Origin: an uncultured Mollicutes bacterium
Lineage (GTDB): Bacteria > Bacillota_I > Bacilli_A > RFN20 > CAG-288
DNA length: 64,000 nt
Direction of reading: 5' to 3'
NCBI GenBank assembly: GCA_900539865.1
Contig: UQDS01000001.1
Location: forward strand, 3,436-67,435
The translations under genes were made by a program, and so were the position numbers. Under the pieces are notes generated by a model, which was given only the letters and a program-made list of their open reading frames with translations, did not search any database and was not told where the DNA came from. Positions 47,269 to 57,069 of the stretch are shown in pieces (positions within the stretch are counted from its first letter, which is position 1; every line of letters starts with the position of its first letter).

Positions 47269-49867
47269 GAAGAACAAACCCACAATTACCTACACCGAAA
47301 ATATTGTCAAATCGGACATGTCCGATGTTTTGGTCACCGCTTTTAATCGCTATGCAAAAGAAGTTATTACTGACCGTGCGATTCCGGATGCAAGAGATGG
47401 ATTAAAGCCAGTACAACGCCGTATCATCTACGATATGTTTGACCAGGGCTATCTTCATACAAAGCCCACAGTAAAGTCAGCCACAATTGTCGGTCATGTC
47501 ATGGGTCATTTTCATCCTCATGGTGACTCTTCTATTTATGACGCATTGGTTCACATGTCCCAGACTTGGAAGATGGAAGCGCCTTTAGTTGCATTCCAAG
47601 GTAACAACGGTTCAATCGATGACGATCCTGCCGCCGCTTATCGTTATACAGAGGCAAAATTATCTGAGCTTGCCGAGTATCTCTGCATGGATTTAGAAAA
47701 GAAAACAGTGAAGATGGTTCCGACTTTTGATGATAAATCATTGGAACCTACTGTTTTACCTAGCCGTTTTCCCAACCTTCTTATCAATGGAACAAATGGT
47801 ATTGCCGTTGGTTCTTCGACCTACATTCCTCCGCACAACTTATCCGAAGTTATCGATGGTACAATTTACCGCATTCAGCATAAACGCGCGAATTTAGAAG
47901 ACTTGATGAAGTTCATTCCAGGCCCTGATTTTCCTACCGGTGGTATCATCGACGATCGCGAAACATTAAAGAATCTCTACGAGACAGGTAATGCCAATTT
48001 TTATCTTTATTGTCGCACTTATATTGACGAGGAAGAACACGCTATTGTCATCACCGAGATTCCCTATGGTGAATGCAAGATTAAATTTGTCTCTAATCTT
48101 GTCAAAATCAAAGAGACAGATAAACTTGATAACATCGAAGATATCATCGATGAATCCGCAAAAGATGATGTTAAAATTGTCATTCAAATCAAAGAAAATG
48201 CCAATCCGCTTGACATCCTTTGTTACTTGCAAAACAAAGGTGCTTTAAGAAGCACCATCAGCTGCAATTTCTTAGCGATTGACCACGGTCATCCTAAGAC
48301 AATGCCTTTGATTGAACTTTTAGATTCCTTTATCAATCACCAGCGTGAAATCTCTCGCAGAGCGTATCGTTTTGATTTGAAAACGGCTAGTGATCGCCTT
48401 GAGATTGTCGCCGGTTATATGAAGGCTTACTCTATCTTAAATGAGATCATTGAGAAAATCAGAAAATGCTCCGGCAAAGAAGGCGTCAAACAGATGTTAC
48501 AAAACGATTATCAATTTACAGAGCGCCAGTCGGAAGCTATCGCTATGATGCCTTTATATCGTCTTTCTAACACAGATATCGTCGCCCTGAGGAAAGAAGA
48601 AGACGAATTGAAAAATCATGTGATTCCTGAAATTGAGGGCATCTTAAATGATCCGGATAAACTCGATAAGACCATCATCGAAATATTAAAAGAAATCCGC
48701 AAAAAATTCGCTCGTCCTCGCAAGACAGAAATTCTTGATGAAAAGCAAGTTTTCAACGCGGTCGATCCGACTAAACTCATCGCTAAAGAAGATGTTTACG
48801 TCGCTTTAACCTATGACGGCTATGGCAAGAGAACCAGTTTGAAATCTTACCAAGCAAGCGCTAAGACAATCGGTGAAAACGACCCGTTGAATTTACCGAA
48901 GATGAAACCGGGAGACCATTTAGTCTATGCTGGTCTTTGCGATACACACCAGGGCTTATTGGTCTTTACAAACACCGGAAATTACGCTTATATCCCTGTG
49001 CATACTCTCTCTGAATTAAAATGGAAGGAAGAAGGAAAACACCTCAACAACATCACAGGATTAAAGGCGGAAGAGCGCATTGTGAAAGTATTCCGCATCG
49101 ATGACTTCAAAGAAGGTGTCAATGTGGTAATGTTGACAAAAGACAATAAGATCAAGCGCACACCTTTGACAGAATTCACGCAGACGAGTTTGACAAAACG
49201 TCCTCTTAGAGCTTGTAAAATTGCTGCCAAAGATGACTACTTAGTCGATGTCTGCATGACTAGCGGTAACTCCGATGTCATTGTCGTAGATGATCTTGGC
49301 CGTGCATCGCGCTTCAACGAAAGTGAAATACCTTTGGTTTCCACCGGTGCAATCGGCGTAAAAGCGATATCTAGCGGCATTGAAAGTGCTCCTCTTGTTT
49401 CTCTTATCTCTCTTTCGAGCACGGAGACTACACTGCTCTTTGTCCTCGCTTCTAAGCGTGCTGCGCGTTTGATTCGCTCCACTGATATTCCAACGACGGA
49501 GAGACTTGGCGCTAAGACAAATCTCGTAAAAGTTCTTAAGAAGAACCCCTTTAAAATTGTCGCTGCCCGCAAGATTGTAAAGATGAGAGATAATAAAAAC
49601 TTCATCTCATTGACAACAGCAGAATCCTCTGTTGCAGTCGATATCAACTCGTTAAACCCCATTGCCCCTAATGCCGAAATGCGCGAGAATTTGACGATGT
49701 TAAAGGGTCAAGTGTTTGGCTATAATGACTTTGGCGAAATCATCGATGAAGAATTCGTCGTGGAGGAACCTATCGCATTAAAGCCAGCGAAAGTCAAAGC
49801 CAAGATCGATGATGCTGATACACAATTATCGCTTTTTGATCTCTTTGAAAGAGACAAAAACAAATAA
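47258..49867 (+). CDS. parC: Type IIA topoisomerase subunit A, most likely topoisomerase IV ParC
   Basis: IPDARDGLKPVQRRIIY and the catalytic-Tyr region; no GyrA-box (QRRGGKG) in the C-terminal domain; overlaps the parE stop with a GGAGG RBS; a long C-terminal extension. Confidence 0.6.
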   Translation: MRNKKNKPTITYTENIVKSDMSDVLVTAFNRYAKEVITDRAIPDARDGLKPVQRRIIYDMFDQGYLHTKPTVKSATIVGHVMGHFHPHGDSSIYDALVHMSQTWKMEAPLVAFQGNNGSIDDDPAAAYRYTEAKLSELAEYLCMDLEKKTVKMVPTFDDKSLEPTVLPSRFPNLLINGTNGIAVGSSTYIPPHNLSEVIDGTIYRIQHKRANLEDLMKFIPGPDFPTGGIIDDRETLKNLYETGNANFYLYCRTYIDEEEHAIVITEIPYGECKIKFVSNLVKIKETDKLDNIEDIIDESAKDDVKIVIQIKENANPLDILCYLQNKGALRSTISCNFLAIDHGHPKTMPLIELLDSFINHQREISRRAYRFDLKTASDRLEIVAGYMKAYSILNEIIEKIRKCSGKEGVKQMLQNDYQFTERQSEAIAMMPLYRLSNTDIVALRKEEDELKNHVIPEIEGILNDPDKLDKTIIEILKEIRKKFARPRKTEILDEKQVFNAVDPTKLIAKEDVYVALTYDGYGKRTSLKSYQASAKTIGENDPLNLPKMKPGDHLVYAGLCDTHQGLLVFTNTGNYAYIPVHTLSELKWKEEGKHLNNITGLKAEERIVKVFRIDDFKEGVNVVMLTKDNKIKRTPLTEFTQTSLTKRPLRACKIAAKDDYLVDVCMTSGNSDVIVVDDLGRASRFNESEIPLVSTGAIGVKAISSGIESAPLVSLISLSSTETTLLFVLASKRAARLIRSTDIPTTERLGAKTNLVKVLKKNPFKIVAARKIVKMRDNKNFISLTTAESSVAVDINSLNPIAPNAEMRENLTMLKGQVFGYNDFGEIIDEEFVVEEPIALKPAKVKAKIDDADTQLSLFDLFERDKNK

Positions 49868-49920
49868 ATAAAGTATACTAATAATAATCTTACTGTAACA
49901 AGTAGAAAGGAGACGCATTT

Positions 49921-51072
49921 ATGTTCTTCCGTAAAACTAAAACAAGCGGTGTTACCGCTGAAATCCGCGTTCGCAGATGCTATGGCTGCGGTGCAATCTT
50001 ACAAGATCAAGATCCCAATGATGTCGGTTATATTCCACCGGAAAAATTCGCTTCGGATGATGATAACCTCTGTGAGCGTTGCTATAAATTAAGACATTAT
50101 TCCAAGCTTAAAAACACGGGTGACTTCACCATTGATTATGTCACGATTTTAAACGCCGCCAAAGAGGATCACGCTTTGGTTTGCTATGTTATCAACGCCT
50201 TCTTCTTAGAAGGTAGCATTTTGAAAGGAATTGGCAAATTCCTTCCGGAAAATGTCTTGTTCATCATCAATAAGAGAGATTTGTTCAACAAATCTTATTC
50301 GGATGAATATCTTATCCGCAAGACGAAAAAGCTCTTAGAAAAAGAGAATATCATCGCTGATAAGATCGAAGTCACTTCTTCCTCTGTCGCAAGCAAACCT
50401 GACAGCGATTTATTGGCGCGCATCAATTCCTTAAGAAATGGTAAGGACGTCTATTTTGTCGGCGCTTATCAAGTCGGTAAATCGTCTCTTATCAACGCCT
50501 TGCTTTTAGGCTATTCTAACCGTACCGATAAGATGATTACTACCTCTCCCTATCCGGGAACTACCTTGGATGTAATCTCTATTCCGTTAGATAATGATAG
50601 TTACATTTATGACACTCCTGGTATTAATAACTCTAGTTCCATCATCTCTTTCTTAGAACCCGAAGTCGTCAAATACATCTTGCCTAGAAATGAGGTTAGA
50701 CCTGAGACTTATCTTGCAAAAGAAGGTCAGTCCTTCCTCTTCTCTAACTTCGCTCGCTTTGATTTTGTAAGCGGTGAAAAGACAAACTTCACCTTCTATA
50801 AATCCAATGATTTAACCTTGCAGAGAAGCAAGATTGATAAAGCAGACAATTTGTTAAAATCCATTTATACGAACAAAAACGATCCTGTCAGAACCGAAAA
50901 GGTAAACGGTACAGCTTTCTTGAAGAAAGTGACCATTTCTGCTTTAAATGACACCATCAATAGAATCATCATCACCGGTTTAGGCTTTGTGGAATTCTCC
51001 GGCAAGAATCAAGTGATTGATGTCTATGTCCCGCAGTGTGTTGATGTCACTTTAGAGAGCAACGCCATTTAA
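49921..51072 (+). CDS. yqeH: Ribosome biogenesis GTPase YqeH (circularly permuted GTPase with N-terminal zinc ribbon)
   Basis: CYGCG...CERCYKLRHY zinc finger, then permuted G motifs (NKRDL ... GAYQVGKSSLINAL ... DTPG). Confidence 0.8.
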   Translation: MFFRKTKTSGVTAEIRVRRCYGCGAILQDQDPNDVGYIPPEKFASDDDNLCERCYKLRHYSKLKNTGDFTIDYVTILNAAKEDHALVCYVINAFFLEGSILKGIGKFLPENVLFIINKRDLFNKSYSDEYLIRKTKKLLEKENIIADKIEVTSSSVASKPDSDLLARINSLRNGKDVYFVGAYQVGKSSLINALLLGYSNRTDKMITTSPYPGTTLDVISIPLDNDSYIYDTPGINNSSSIISFLEPEVVKYILPRNEVRPETYLAKEGQSFLFSNFARFDFVSGEKTNFTFYKSNDLTLQRSKIDKADNLLKSIYTNKNDPVRTEKVNGTAFLKKVTISALNDTINRIIITGLGFVEFSGKNQVIDVYVPQCVDVTLESNAI

Positions 51073-51073
51073 G

Positions 51074-52147
51074 ATGGAAGACATCGTATACATTGCTTCT
51101 TTTGATCCGGTTACCAATGAAGATGTCCGTGTAGTTCGAAACATCCAATCTTATTTATCTTTTGAAGTTTCTTCTATTACGATCGCTTTGATTAAAGACT
51201 CTTTCTCACACGAAGAAGTCTATCACAGACAGGCGATGGTAAAGCGTGCTTTTCCCGATTTAAACGTGTTTACAATCGATCGAGAAATTCATAATTTTTC
51301 TATTTTAAAAGAGATCTTCCCTGGAAAGAAAATCGTAGTTAGCTATCATTATTTGCGTTCTTTGAGCTTTGGTTTTCTCACAGGGGATGATAGCTTTACC
51401 TTGCTATTAAGCGGTATGGAAATGCTCGACTATCACAAAGAGAGCAACCGATGTCTTGTCTCTCAGATTCCCTATGAAGGTCATATGCAAGAAAGCAATC
51501 TGCAAAGTGGAATCTACTTAGATGCTCCTTTAGAAGTTTTAAACTATATTGCCTCTAATAAACTCTACTTCTGTTCTCGTTTAGCCTATATGGAAGGAAC
51601 CCACCGTTACAATCATTCTGTCAGTGTCGCAAACACTGCTTTCCAAATTGGAAAAAACGCTGGTTTAAATCCGTTGTTATGTTTCCAAATGGGTCTTTTC
51701 CACGATGCTACCAAGAAGTTTTCGCTAAAACAAAGTTTAGAAATCATGCAAAAAGCGTTTCCTGAATATCTACCATGCCCTGAATATGCTTTACATCAAT
51801 TTACAGGTGCCTATTTTGCAAAAAACGTCTTTCATCTTCCTACCAGTGTTATCTCTCCTATCATGTTTCATTGCACGGGAAGAGGTGAAATGACACAGAT
51901 GGAAAAGTGTCTCTTCATCGCGGATAAAGTAGAGCCTACTCGTTTCTATAAAACCAAAGAAATGCGTGAGATCGCTTTAAAGAATTTAGATGAAGGTTTC
52001 CTTTCTGTCTTAGAAAATTTAGTTCAACATTACAAAGAAAAACATGTCAATTTTCTCGACAATCCCTTATCGATTGATATGTATACATCATATTTGAATT
52101 TAGGAGGTGAATATGCTCAAGAACACAACGACAAAGAAAACGTTTGA
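51074..52147 (+). CDS. Fusion: degenerate NadD-like nucleotidyltransferase domain (N-terminal) + YqeK HD-domain phosphohydrolase (C-terminal)
   Basis: C-terminal half has HD-domain blocks (HSVSVANTAF...GLFHDATK...IADKVEP) like YqeK. N-terminal ~170 aa aligns to NadD but FDPPHNGH is replaced by FDPVTNED, so both His of HxGH are lost. B. subtilis has separate nadD-yqeK-rsfS. Confidence 0.6.
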   Translation: MEDIVYIASFDPVTNEDVRVVRNIQSYLSFEVSSITIALIKDSFSHEEVYHRQAMVKRAFPDLNVFTIDREIHNFSILKEIFPGKKIVVSYHYLRSLSFGFLTGDDSFTLLLSGMEMLDYHKESNRCLVSQIPYEGHMQESNLQSGIYLDAPLEVLNYIASNKLYFCSRLAYMEGTHRYNHSVSVANTAFQIGKNAGLNPLLCFQMGLFHDATKKFSLKQSLEIMQKAFPEYLPCPEYALHQFTGAYFAKNVFHLPTSVISPIMFHCTGRGEMTQMEKCLFIADKVEPTRFYKTKEMREIALKNLDEGFLSVLENLVQHYKEKHVNFLDNPLSIDMYTSYLNLGGEYAQEHNDKENV

Positions 52148-52565
52148 ATATAAGGACAAAGGCAGCATTCGTGCCATGCGACCGCTTCACATCGCGCAAG
52201 ATTTATCTTACAACTGGAGTGATGATGTTGTCGTTTATGACGTTAGAAACAACTCTCCTTTTGTCTCTTATTATGTAGTTGCTAGCGCAAGCAACGAACG
52301 CCGCTTAAAAGCCCTTGTTACAAGCGCTAAAGAATCTCTTTATGACAATTATAAAGAGATTGATCACGTTGAAGGAAGAAATGATTCCAATTGGTTTTTA
52401 ATCGATGCGAAAGACATTGTCATCCAGCTCTTCACCAAAGAAGAAAGAGCACGTGTTCAATTTGATCAACTTTACCAGGATTGTCCGCACAAGCTTATCG
52501 TTCAAAAGGAAGAACCGGTTTACCGCAGAAGAAAGAAACCTGTTGTCACCACTTTTGAAGAATAA
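52113..52565 (+). CDS. rsfS: Ribosomal silencing factor RsfS (Iojap/YqeL)
   Basis: ...NWFLIDAKDIVIQLF... matches the RsfS DWVLLDYGDVVVHIF block; AGGAGG RBS 5 nt before ATG 52113. Confidence 0.8.
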   Translation: MLKNTTTKKTFEYKDKGSIRAMRPLHIAQDLSYNWSDDVVVYDVRNNSPFVSYYVVASASNERRLKALVTSAKESLYDNYKEIDHVEGRNDSNWFLIDAKDIVIQLFTKEERARVQFDQLYQDCPHKLIVQKEEPVYRRRKKPVVTTFEE

Positions 52566-52576
52566 TTTTTTCTATC

Positions 52577-53269
52577 ATGGACAAGAAAAAAATCTTAGTT
52601 ATCTGCGCGCAAAAAGAAGAGTTTGACGGTATCTTTTTTGAACGCGAAAAGAAAATTTACCAAGAAGATATTTATTATCTTGAAGAGGATAATTTCATTG
52701 CCTATGTAGCCACAGGCGGCATTGGAAAAACCGCAATCGCATACCACTTAGGTAGATTATTAAGCGTGTTGAAAGTGGATTTAATCATCAATACAGGTGT
52801 TGCTGGTTCTCTTTCTAAAGAAGTCACACCCTTTGATACCTTTGTTTCTACCAGAGCCGCTTATTACGATGTGGATGTTCGCGCCTTTGGTTATCAATTG
52901 GGACAGATGTGTGGTCAACCTCTCTACTTTGAAGCGGATCCAAAAGCATTGCGTGCAGCGATAAACGTCGCAGGAGATAAGATTAAAACTGGTTTGATTC
53001 TTTCCGGCGATAACTTTATCACAGGAAAAAATATTCCTTCTTATTTATATACCGATTTTGAAAATCCATGTGCTATCGATATGGAATCTGCTGCAGTAGC
53101 TCAGGTTGCAAATATGGCACATATTCCCTTCTTAATCATACGAAGCATTTCTGATGATCCGAATTCTGAGTCTAACAATCAGGATACCTATGACAATAGA
53201 TTAGAAGATACTTGTATCTCTGCAGGAAGAATGACATATCATATCATTCAAGAGTATTCTAAAAGATAG
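52577..53269 (+). CDS. mtnN: 5'-methylthioadenosine/S-adenosylhomocysteine nucleosidase
   Basis: ...GGIGKTAIA... and DMESAAVAQVANMAHIPFLIIRSISD: the Pfs/MtnN catalytic blocks. Confidence 0.85.
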   Translation: MDKKKILVICAQKEEFDGIFFEREKKIYQEDIYYLEEDNFIAYVATGGIGKTAIAYHLGRLLSVLKVDLIINTGVAGSLSKEVTPFDTFVSTRAAYYDVDVRAFGYQLGQMCGQPLYFEADPKALRAAINVAGDKIKTGLILSGDNFITGKNIPSYLYTDFENPCAIDMESAAVAQVANMAHIPFLIIRSISDDPNSESNNQDTYDNRLEDTCISAGRMTYHIIQEYSKR

Positions 53270-53288
53270 TAATATTTTAGTACTATAA

Positions 53289-53319
53289 ACCTACTAAGAG
53301 TATATTAGTAGGTTTTTTT
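53289..53319 (+). terminator. Rho-independent terminator of mtnN (ACCTACTAA-GAGTATA-TTAGTAGGT + TTTTTTT)
   Basis: 9-bp perfect stem plus a T7 tract. Confidence 0.8.
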
Positions 53320-53554
53320 CATTTAAATATCAATATAGTAATTTAATAGTACTAATAAAATACTATTTCAAAAAAAACAGATCTGTAATAGACGATGAAA
53401 TATGTTTTAAATCAACAGAATATATAGTACATATTTAGTAACAATTATCTACTAATTATTTTTTAAACGATTCCGTTCAAATAAACAGTTCAGAATTTTT
53501 ACTGCAATTTATTAATATATAAGTCTTCGTATAATAATAATTATGTTAAATGAA

Positions 53555-53598
53555 TTAAAAAAACAATAAAAAACGAGGATAAATCAAATTACCCTCGT
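53555..53598 (-). terminator. Strong minus-strand rho-independent terminator (10-bp stem ACGAGGGTAA/TTATCCTCGT, loop TTTGAT, then TTTTTTATTGTTTTTTT), ~205 nt downstream of the deoB stop
   Basis: Read on the minus strand: TTACGAGGGTAATTTGATTTATCCTCGTTTTTTATTGTTTTTTT. Confidence 0.7.
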
Positions 53599-53802
53599 AA
53601 TTATTATTAGTTTTATTTTAGTACTAATAAAGTACTATTATTAAATCGGCTTTATAACGAGAAAGTATACAAAACTAAGGCTTCTCTATTTAAATTAGTA
53701 AAGTTTTAGTACTAATAAATAACTAATTATATTTTTATACCAAAATTGCGTATCTATCTTGATTAGTATATCACTAGTACTATTTTATAACTATTTTGTT
53801 GT

Positions 53803-55005
53803 TTACACCAATTCATCAATTACTTTTCCAATTTCGTTGGGACTCGGTTCAATTTGGAAATTTTTCAAAATAGTCTTTCCGATACAAGCAAATGTATCTT
53901 CTTCAGGTAACTTTCTTCCATTTTGATAAGAAGGCGAATAAGAAATCAACGGAACTCTTTCTCTCGTGTGGTCTGTTCCATACCAGGTAGGATCGTTACC
54001 ATGGTCTGCAGTGATCATCAAGAGATCATCCTCTCTCATATTTTCAACGATCTTTGCTAAATCAGCATCGAATTCTTCAATGCATTTTCCATAGCCTTCC
54101 GGATCTCTTCTATGACCGTATTTGACATCAAAATCAGCTAAATTGACAAAACAAAGGCCTTCAAAATCTTTGTTTTTAACAACCTCTAAAGTCTGTAACA
54201 TACCATCGTGATTCGAGTCGATGTGACTAGATTCTGTCATACCGCGTCCAGCGAAGATGTCATGAATTTTACCGATGGCAATGACTTCTTTTCCAGCTTT
54301 GACTAAGTCATCCATGGCGGTATTTCCGTTTGGCTCAACCGAATAGTCTCTTCTGTCGCTTGTTCTAGTGAAGTGTTTGCTATCTGGACCGACAAAAGGA
54401 CGAGCGATGACACGTCCGACCATCCATTCAGGTTTCATCGTGATTTCACGAGCGATTTCACAAGCTTGATAAAGTTCTTCTAGAGGAATGACGTCAACGT
54501 GGGCAGCAATTTGAAGAACAGAGTCAGCGGAAGTGTAGACAATGAAACATTTTTCATTCATCGCTTGTTCGCCTAACTCTTCTAAAATAACGGTTCCAGA
54601 GGAAGAGTAATTACCGATAAATTTGCGTCCGGTTCTCTTTTCTAACTCATCGATCAATTCTTTGGGAAAACCTGTATCAGTAAATGTGACCATCGGATTT
54701 TCCGTTAAAATACCCATCATTTCCCAATGGCCTGTAAGAGTATCTTTTCCATCGGATGCTTCGCGCAATGTCTGCACATAGGAATGAGGGTGTAAAACTT
54801 GTTCTGTACCTTTGATATCGGCAAGGTCATGAATGCCTAATTTATTCAACGTGGGGATGTGTAATCCGCCGCATTTTTCCGCGATATGAACCCAGGTGTT
54901 CGATCCGACGTCATTGTGATCGCCGTTAAAAAAACGGTCAGCATCTGGTTCGGATCCGATGCCGACAGAGTCCATGACTATCGTAAATATTCGTTTGAAT
55001 TTCAT
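53803..55005 (-). CDS. deoB: Phosphopentomutase
   Basis: MKFKRIFTIVMDSVGIG... and the metal-binding blocks of DeoB/Drm. Confidence 0.9.
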   Translation of the reverse strand: MKFKRIFTIVMDSVGIGSEPDADRFFNGDHNDVGSNTWVHIAEKCGGLHIPTLNKLGIHDLADIKGTEQVLHPHSYVQTLREASDGKDTLTGHWEMMGILTENPMVTFTDTGFPKELIDELEKRTGRKFIGNYSSSGTVILEELGEQAMNEKCFIVYTSADSVLQIAAHVDVIPLEELYQACEIAREITMKPEWMVGRVIARPFVGPDSKHFTRTSDRRDYSVEPNGNTAMDDLVKAGKEVIAIGKIHDIFAGRGMTESSHIDSNHDGMLQTLEVVKNKDFEGLCFVNLADFDVKYGHRRDPEGYGKCIEEFDADLAKIVENMREDDLLMITADHGNDPTWYGTDHTRERVPLISYSPSYQNGRKLPEEDTFACIGKTILKNFQIEPSPNEIGKVIDELV

Positions 55006-55063
55006 ACAACAAACTTCTCCTTTAACTGTCTTTTTATTATATCACGAATAACCAACGCTTTCG

Positions 55064-55936
55064 TTAACGATGCATTGCTTTTTCATATTCTTCTTTTTCT
55101 TTTTGATGTGTCAGATGCGTGTATATTTCGGTTGTTTTAATATCATCGTGTCCTAAGAGCACTTGAACTTGCCTTAATTTCGCGCCGTTTTTTAAAAGAG
55201 TTGTTGCGAAAGAATGGCGCAGAGTGTGCGGTGAGATGTTCTTTTTAATGCCGGCTTTTTTTGCATACTCTTTGATTCGCAAAAAATAATATTGCCTCGA
55301 AACTCTTCTTCCGTCAGGGTGGACGAAAACATACAACGGGTTTTGATCTATGAATTTCCGATATTGGTCTTGATAAAGATTAATCACTTCGATCACTTCT
55401 TCGTTTAAGGGTAAAATTCTCTCTTTTCTTCGTTTTCCAAAAACTTTGAGATATCCTCCTTTTAAAAAGAGGTGGTCAAAGCGCAGGTCAACAAGCTCGG
55501 AAACACGTAAGCCGCAGGCGTAATTGATCAATATCATCGCATAATCTAACAATCCTTGTTTAGAAAGAATATCCGGTTGTTTCAATAAGATTTTAACCTC
55601 TTCTTGTGTAAGATAGACGGGTAATTTTTTCTCTGTTTTCGGTAGGGATAGTTCTTTTAGGGGAATATCGAAACGATCCGTCTTCTTTAAATAGCCAAAA
55701 AGGCCCTTTACAGCCATGGATTTACGCACGATGGATGTTTCCTTATATCCTTGCTCTTTCAAGCTCTCTTGATACTTTAATAAGCTATTCGCATCAATTT
55801 CATCTAAGGTGATATTTCCGACGATCTTTAAAAATGCTTTTAAGTCGTTATCGTAAGCTTCGATCGTCTTAGGACTATCACCTTTTTCCGTAATCAAAAA
55901 GGTAAGAAATTCATTGATTGCAGCATAAAGAGTCAT
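55064..55936 (-). CDS. xerD: Tyrosine recombinase of the XerC/XerD family (XerD/RipX-like)
   Basis: LRHSFATTLLKNGAKLRQVQVLLGHDDIKTTEIYTHL, the catalytic R..H..R..Y region. In B. subtilis ripX is close to drm(deoB). Confidence 0.75.
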   Translation of the reverse strand: MTLYAAINEFLTFLITEKGDSPKTIEAYDNDLKAFLKIVGNITLDEIDANSLLKYQESLKEQGYKETSIVRKSMAVKGLFGYLKKTDRFDIPLKELSLPKTEKKLPVYLTQEEVKILLKQPDILSKQGLLDYAMILINYACGLRVSELVDLRFDHLFLKGGYLKVFGKRRKERILPLNEEVIEVINLYQDQYRKFIDQNPLYVFVHPDGRRVSRQYYFLRIKEYAKKAGIKKNISPHTLRHSFATTLLKNGAKLRQVQVLLGHDDIKTTEIYTHLTHQKEKEEYEKAMHR

Positions 55937-57069
55937 GATTCTTTCTCCTTGTCTTTTAGAAAAAAGATATTTCCGCCGTAATCGAGTTGCGAGTTGATCT
56001 CGTTTAGAAATTTCTCCTTTTCTTTTTCTTTGTGCATCCGTCTTCTTTCCTGCACGCGCTCTAAAGATACTCCGATCAGACGTAGAGGTTGCCCGTGATA
56101 GAGTTCTTCAAAAGCTTTGACAGCAGAAAGGTAGATGTCATCCTTTTGACAAGAAGGTTCTCGCAAAGTCAAGCGCCTGCTTTTAGTGACAAAATCGGGC
56201 GTGCGAATTTTAACTCCAACGGAAAGACATTCCAACTGATATTTCTCCAAAGAAGCAACAACATCGTCGACGCAGTTGTGAATCATCTGCAAGATATCAT
56301 CGTAATTGTTGTTGTCATGAAGAAAAGTACGCTCACTTGAAATGCTTTTGGGATCGTAAGTTTGGGGATCAACTATGTCGTTTGCAATGCCGTTACATTC
56401 GTCTTTGAGGTAATCAAACATACTTCCCAAAACTCTTTTGACTTCAGGATCGACACATCGGGCCAAATCGCCGATACTTTCGATGTTTAACTTTCGCAAT
56501 TTCGGCGCTGTTTTTTTGCCGATTCCATACATCTTTTCAATCGAAAGCGGATAGATTTTTTCTCGAAAATTTTCCGGAGTGAAAATGGTGATTCCCAAAG
56601 GCTTTTTATAATCGGATCCCATCTTTGCTAAGAAGCGATTAAAAGAACATCCGATACTGCACTTGAGATTTGTCACCCGATATAATTCCATCTGCAGATC
56701 AAAAAGATATTCGTACAGGTGATTTCTATCTGCTTCTTTGGTCATATCGATATAACACTCATCAACAGAAGCTTGTTCTAAAATCGGATAACGATTTTTT
56801 AAAAAGCGGAAAAACTCCTTGGAATAGTGAGAATACAAAGAGAAATTACATGGTACAAGAATAAGATCTTTGCATTTATTTTTTGCGCTTGCAACGGGCA
56901 TACCGGAAAACACACCCAATTTTCTCGCCTCATAACTTGAGGTCGAGATCACTCCTCTAGGGCCATCATGACCAACTGCAACAGGTTTTCCTTTCAGCTG
57001 AGGATTTTGTAAGACTTCACATTGTACAAAGAAGGTGTTGAGATCGATATGAACTATAATTTTTTTCAT
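55933..57069 (-). CDS. dinB: DNA polymerase IV (Y-family, DinB)
   Basis: IVHIDLNTFFVQCE, SVDECYIDMT catalytic acidic motifs. Confidence 0.85.
   Translation of the reverse strand: MKKIIVHIDLNTFFVQCEVLQNPQLKGKPVAVGHDGPRGVISTSSYEARKLGVFSGMPVASAKNKCKDLILVPCNFSLYSHYSKEFFRFLKNRYPILEQASVDECYIDMTKEADRNHLYEYLFDLQMELYRVTNLKCSIGCSFNRFLAKMGSDYKKPLGITIFTPENFREKIYPLSIEKMYGIGKKTAPKLRKLNIESIGDLARCVDPEVKRVLGSMFDYLKDECNGIANDIVDPQTYDPKSISSERTFLHDNNNYDDILQMIHNCVDDVVASLEKYQLECLSVGVKIRTPDFVTKSRRLTLREPSCQKDDIYLSAVKAFEELYHGQPLRLIGVSLERVQERRRMHKEKEKEKFLNEINSQLDYGGNIFFLKDKEKES

Larger units (their letters stand above)
53270..53802. repeat. AT-rich 530-bp convergent intergenic region with at least 5 copies of a TAGTACTA-centred motif (TTTTAGTACTAATAAA[A/G]TACTAT...)
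   Basis: Copies at ~53272-53290, 53346-53366, 53618-53641, 53704-53727 and 53773-53785; the core AGTACT is palindromic; no ORF >60 aa in the region. Confidence 0.6.

Noticed and set aside
45334-49867. Alternative call of gyrB/gyrA for the type II topoisomerase pair
   Set aside because: No GyrA-box (QRRGGKG) in the A-subunit C-terminus, and the pair is adjacent to plsY exactly as parE-parC in B. subtilis. Kept as parE/parC at moderate confidence rather than gyrBA.
53270-53802. Possible CRISPR array (repeated TAGTACTA units)
   Set aside because: The repeats are short, irregularly spaced (about 70 to 275 bp apart), imperfect and AT-rich. There are no cas genes in the window, and the spacing is incompatible with a repeat-spacer array.
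53270-55064. dif site for the adjacent XerD-like recombinase
   Set aside because: No match to Firmicutes dif (ACTTCCTAGAATATATATTATGTAAACT) or to XerS difSL consensus in the intergenic regions flanking xerD/deoB.
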